The notes below the pieces were generated by a model. The model saw only the letters and a program-made list of their open reading frames with translations. It was not told where the DNA came from and searched no databases. The translations under genes were made by a program, and so were the position numbers. From the NCBI GenBank assembly GCA_963921275.4, contig OZ001293.3, forward strand, positions 4,000,001-4,064,000: a stretch of DNA of 64,000 nucleotides, read 5' to 3'. Shown one piece after another: positions 63,315-64,000 of the stretch (positions are counted from its first letter, which is position 1; the number at the start of each line of letters is the position of its first letter). This DNA is from an uncultured Hormoscilla sp. (GTDB lineage: Bacteria; Cyanobacteriota; Cyanobacteriia; Cyanobacteriales; Desertifilaceae).

Positions 63315-64000
63315 TAGAATGTGTCATCAATCAAATTGCTTGACAGAAATAGATGGATACGGTATGGAGTCCTTATCCAGCAATAACAATCAAGAGGGCA
63401 TGATATGAGACGCTATGGCTTGCGAGACGACCAGTGGGAACGGATCGAACACCTTTTACCTGGTAAAGAGGGTGACCCAGGCGCTACAGCCAAGAACAAT
63501 AGATTATTCGTGTTCTGCCGTGTTATATCGATATCGTGCTGGCATTCCCTGGCGGGATTTACCGGAGTGTTTTGGGGATTTTCGGGTTGTTCATACCCGC
63601 CATACCCGTTGGTCTGAAAAGGGAGTTTGGAAGCAGGTATTCGATGTCTTGGCCTCAGACGCCGATAACGAATACGCCGCGATTGATGCCACCATCCTGC
63701 GTGCCCATCAACGAGCGTGCGGGTGCAAAAAAAAACACCCTCAGATACGTGCGAAACCCAAGCCATAGGCCGTAGTAAAGGGGGACTATCGACAAAGATT
63801 CATGCCACTTGCGATTGCCCAAGGCAATCCCACAGGATTTCATCTTACCCCTGGCCAAGCCCACGACGGGAAAGGCGCTGACGTGCTATTGGATAAAATC
63901 GGTGAGATTGGCGCGCTGCTTGCAGATAAAGCCTATGATGCGGAACAACGTGTGCTCGAGCGCCTGAAAGAGGCGGATTGGATGGCTGTCATTCCTCCAA
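63315..64000 (+). mobile_element. IS5-family (IS427-like) element, frameshifted transposase, running off the window
   Basis: [30 protein letters not shown], an A-run at ~63727-63735, GRSKGGLSTKIH and ADKAYD motifs. Confidence 0.85.

Overview
This window comes from a cyanobacterium, most likely a filamentous one. It has abundant HIP1 GCGATCGC octamers, psbEFLJ, ycf48, rubA, ndhCKJ, pedR and an hli gene. Housekeeping genes (pfkB kinase, pedR, hisS, cysH, PSII/NDH genes, a gyrA paralog) are mixed with many gene remnants, MITEs, REP-like palindromes, two IS982 copies, IS5-family elements and two ORF-less group II introns. The most notable locus lies directly after hisS (6488-17434). A ZorA/MotA-like and ZorB/MotB-like ion-motor pair is followed by a dynamin-like GTPase, a second TRAFAC-type GTPase, and two tandem paralogs with a near-identical N-terminus and variable membrane-anchored C-termini. 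A ZorB remnant and a second ZorA-like gene come after these. No ZorC/D/E-like effector is recognisable, so this is a candidate GTPase-coupled Zorya-like defence or conflict system. A toxin-antitoxin/restriction island (21.1-31.7 kb) and a Ser/Thr kinase-RDD/FHA/flavoprotein cluster (47.7-53.9 kb) are also present. All family assignments come from motif recognition by eye; no database searches were run.
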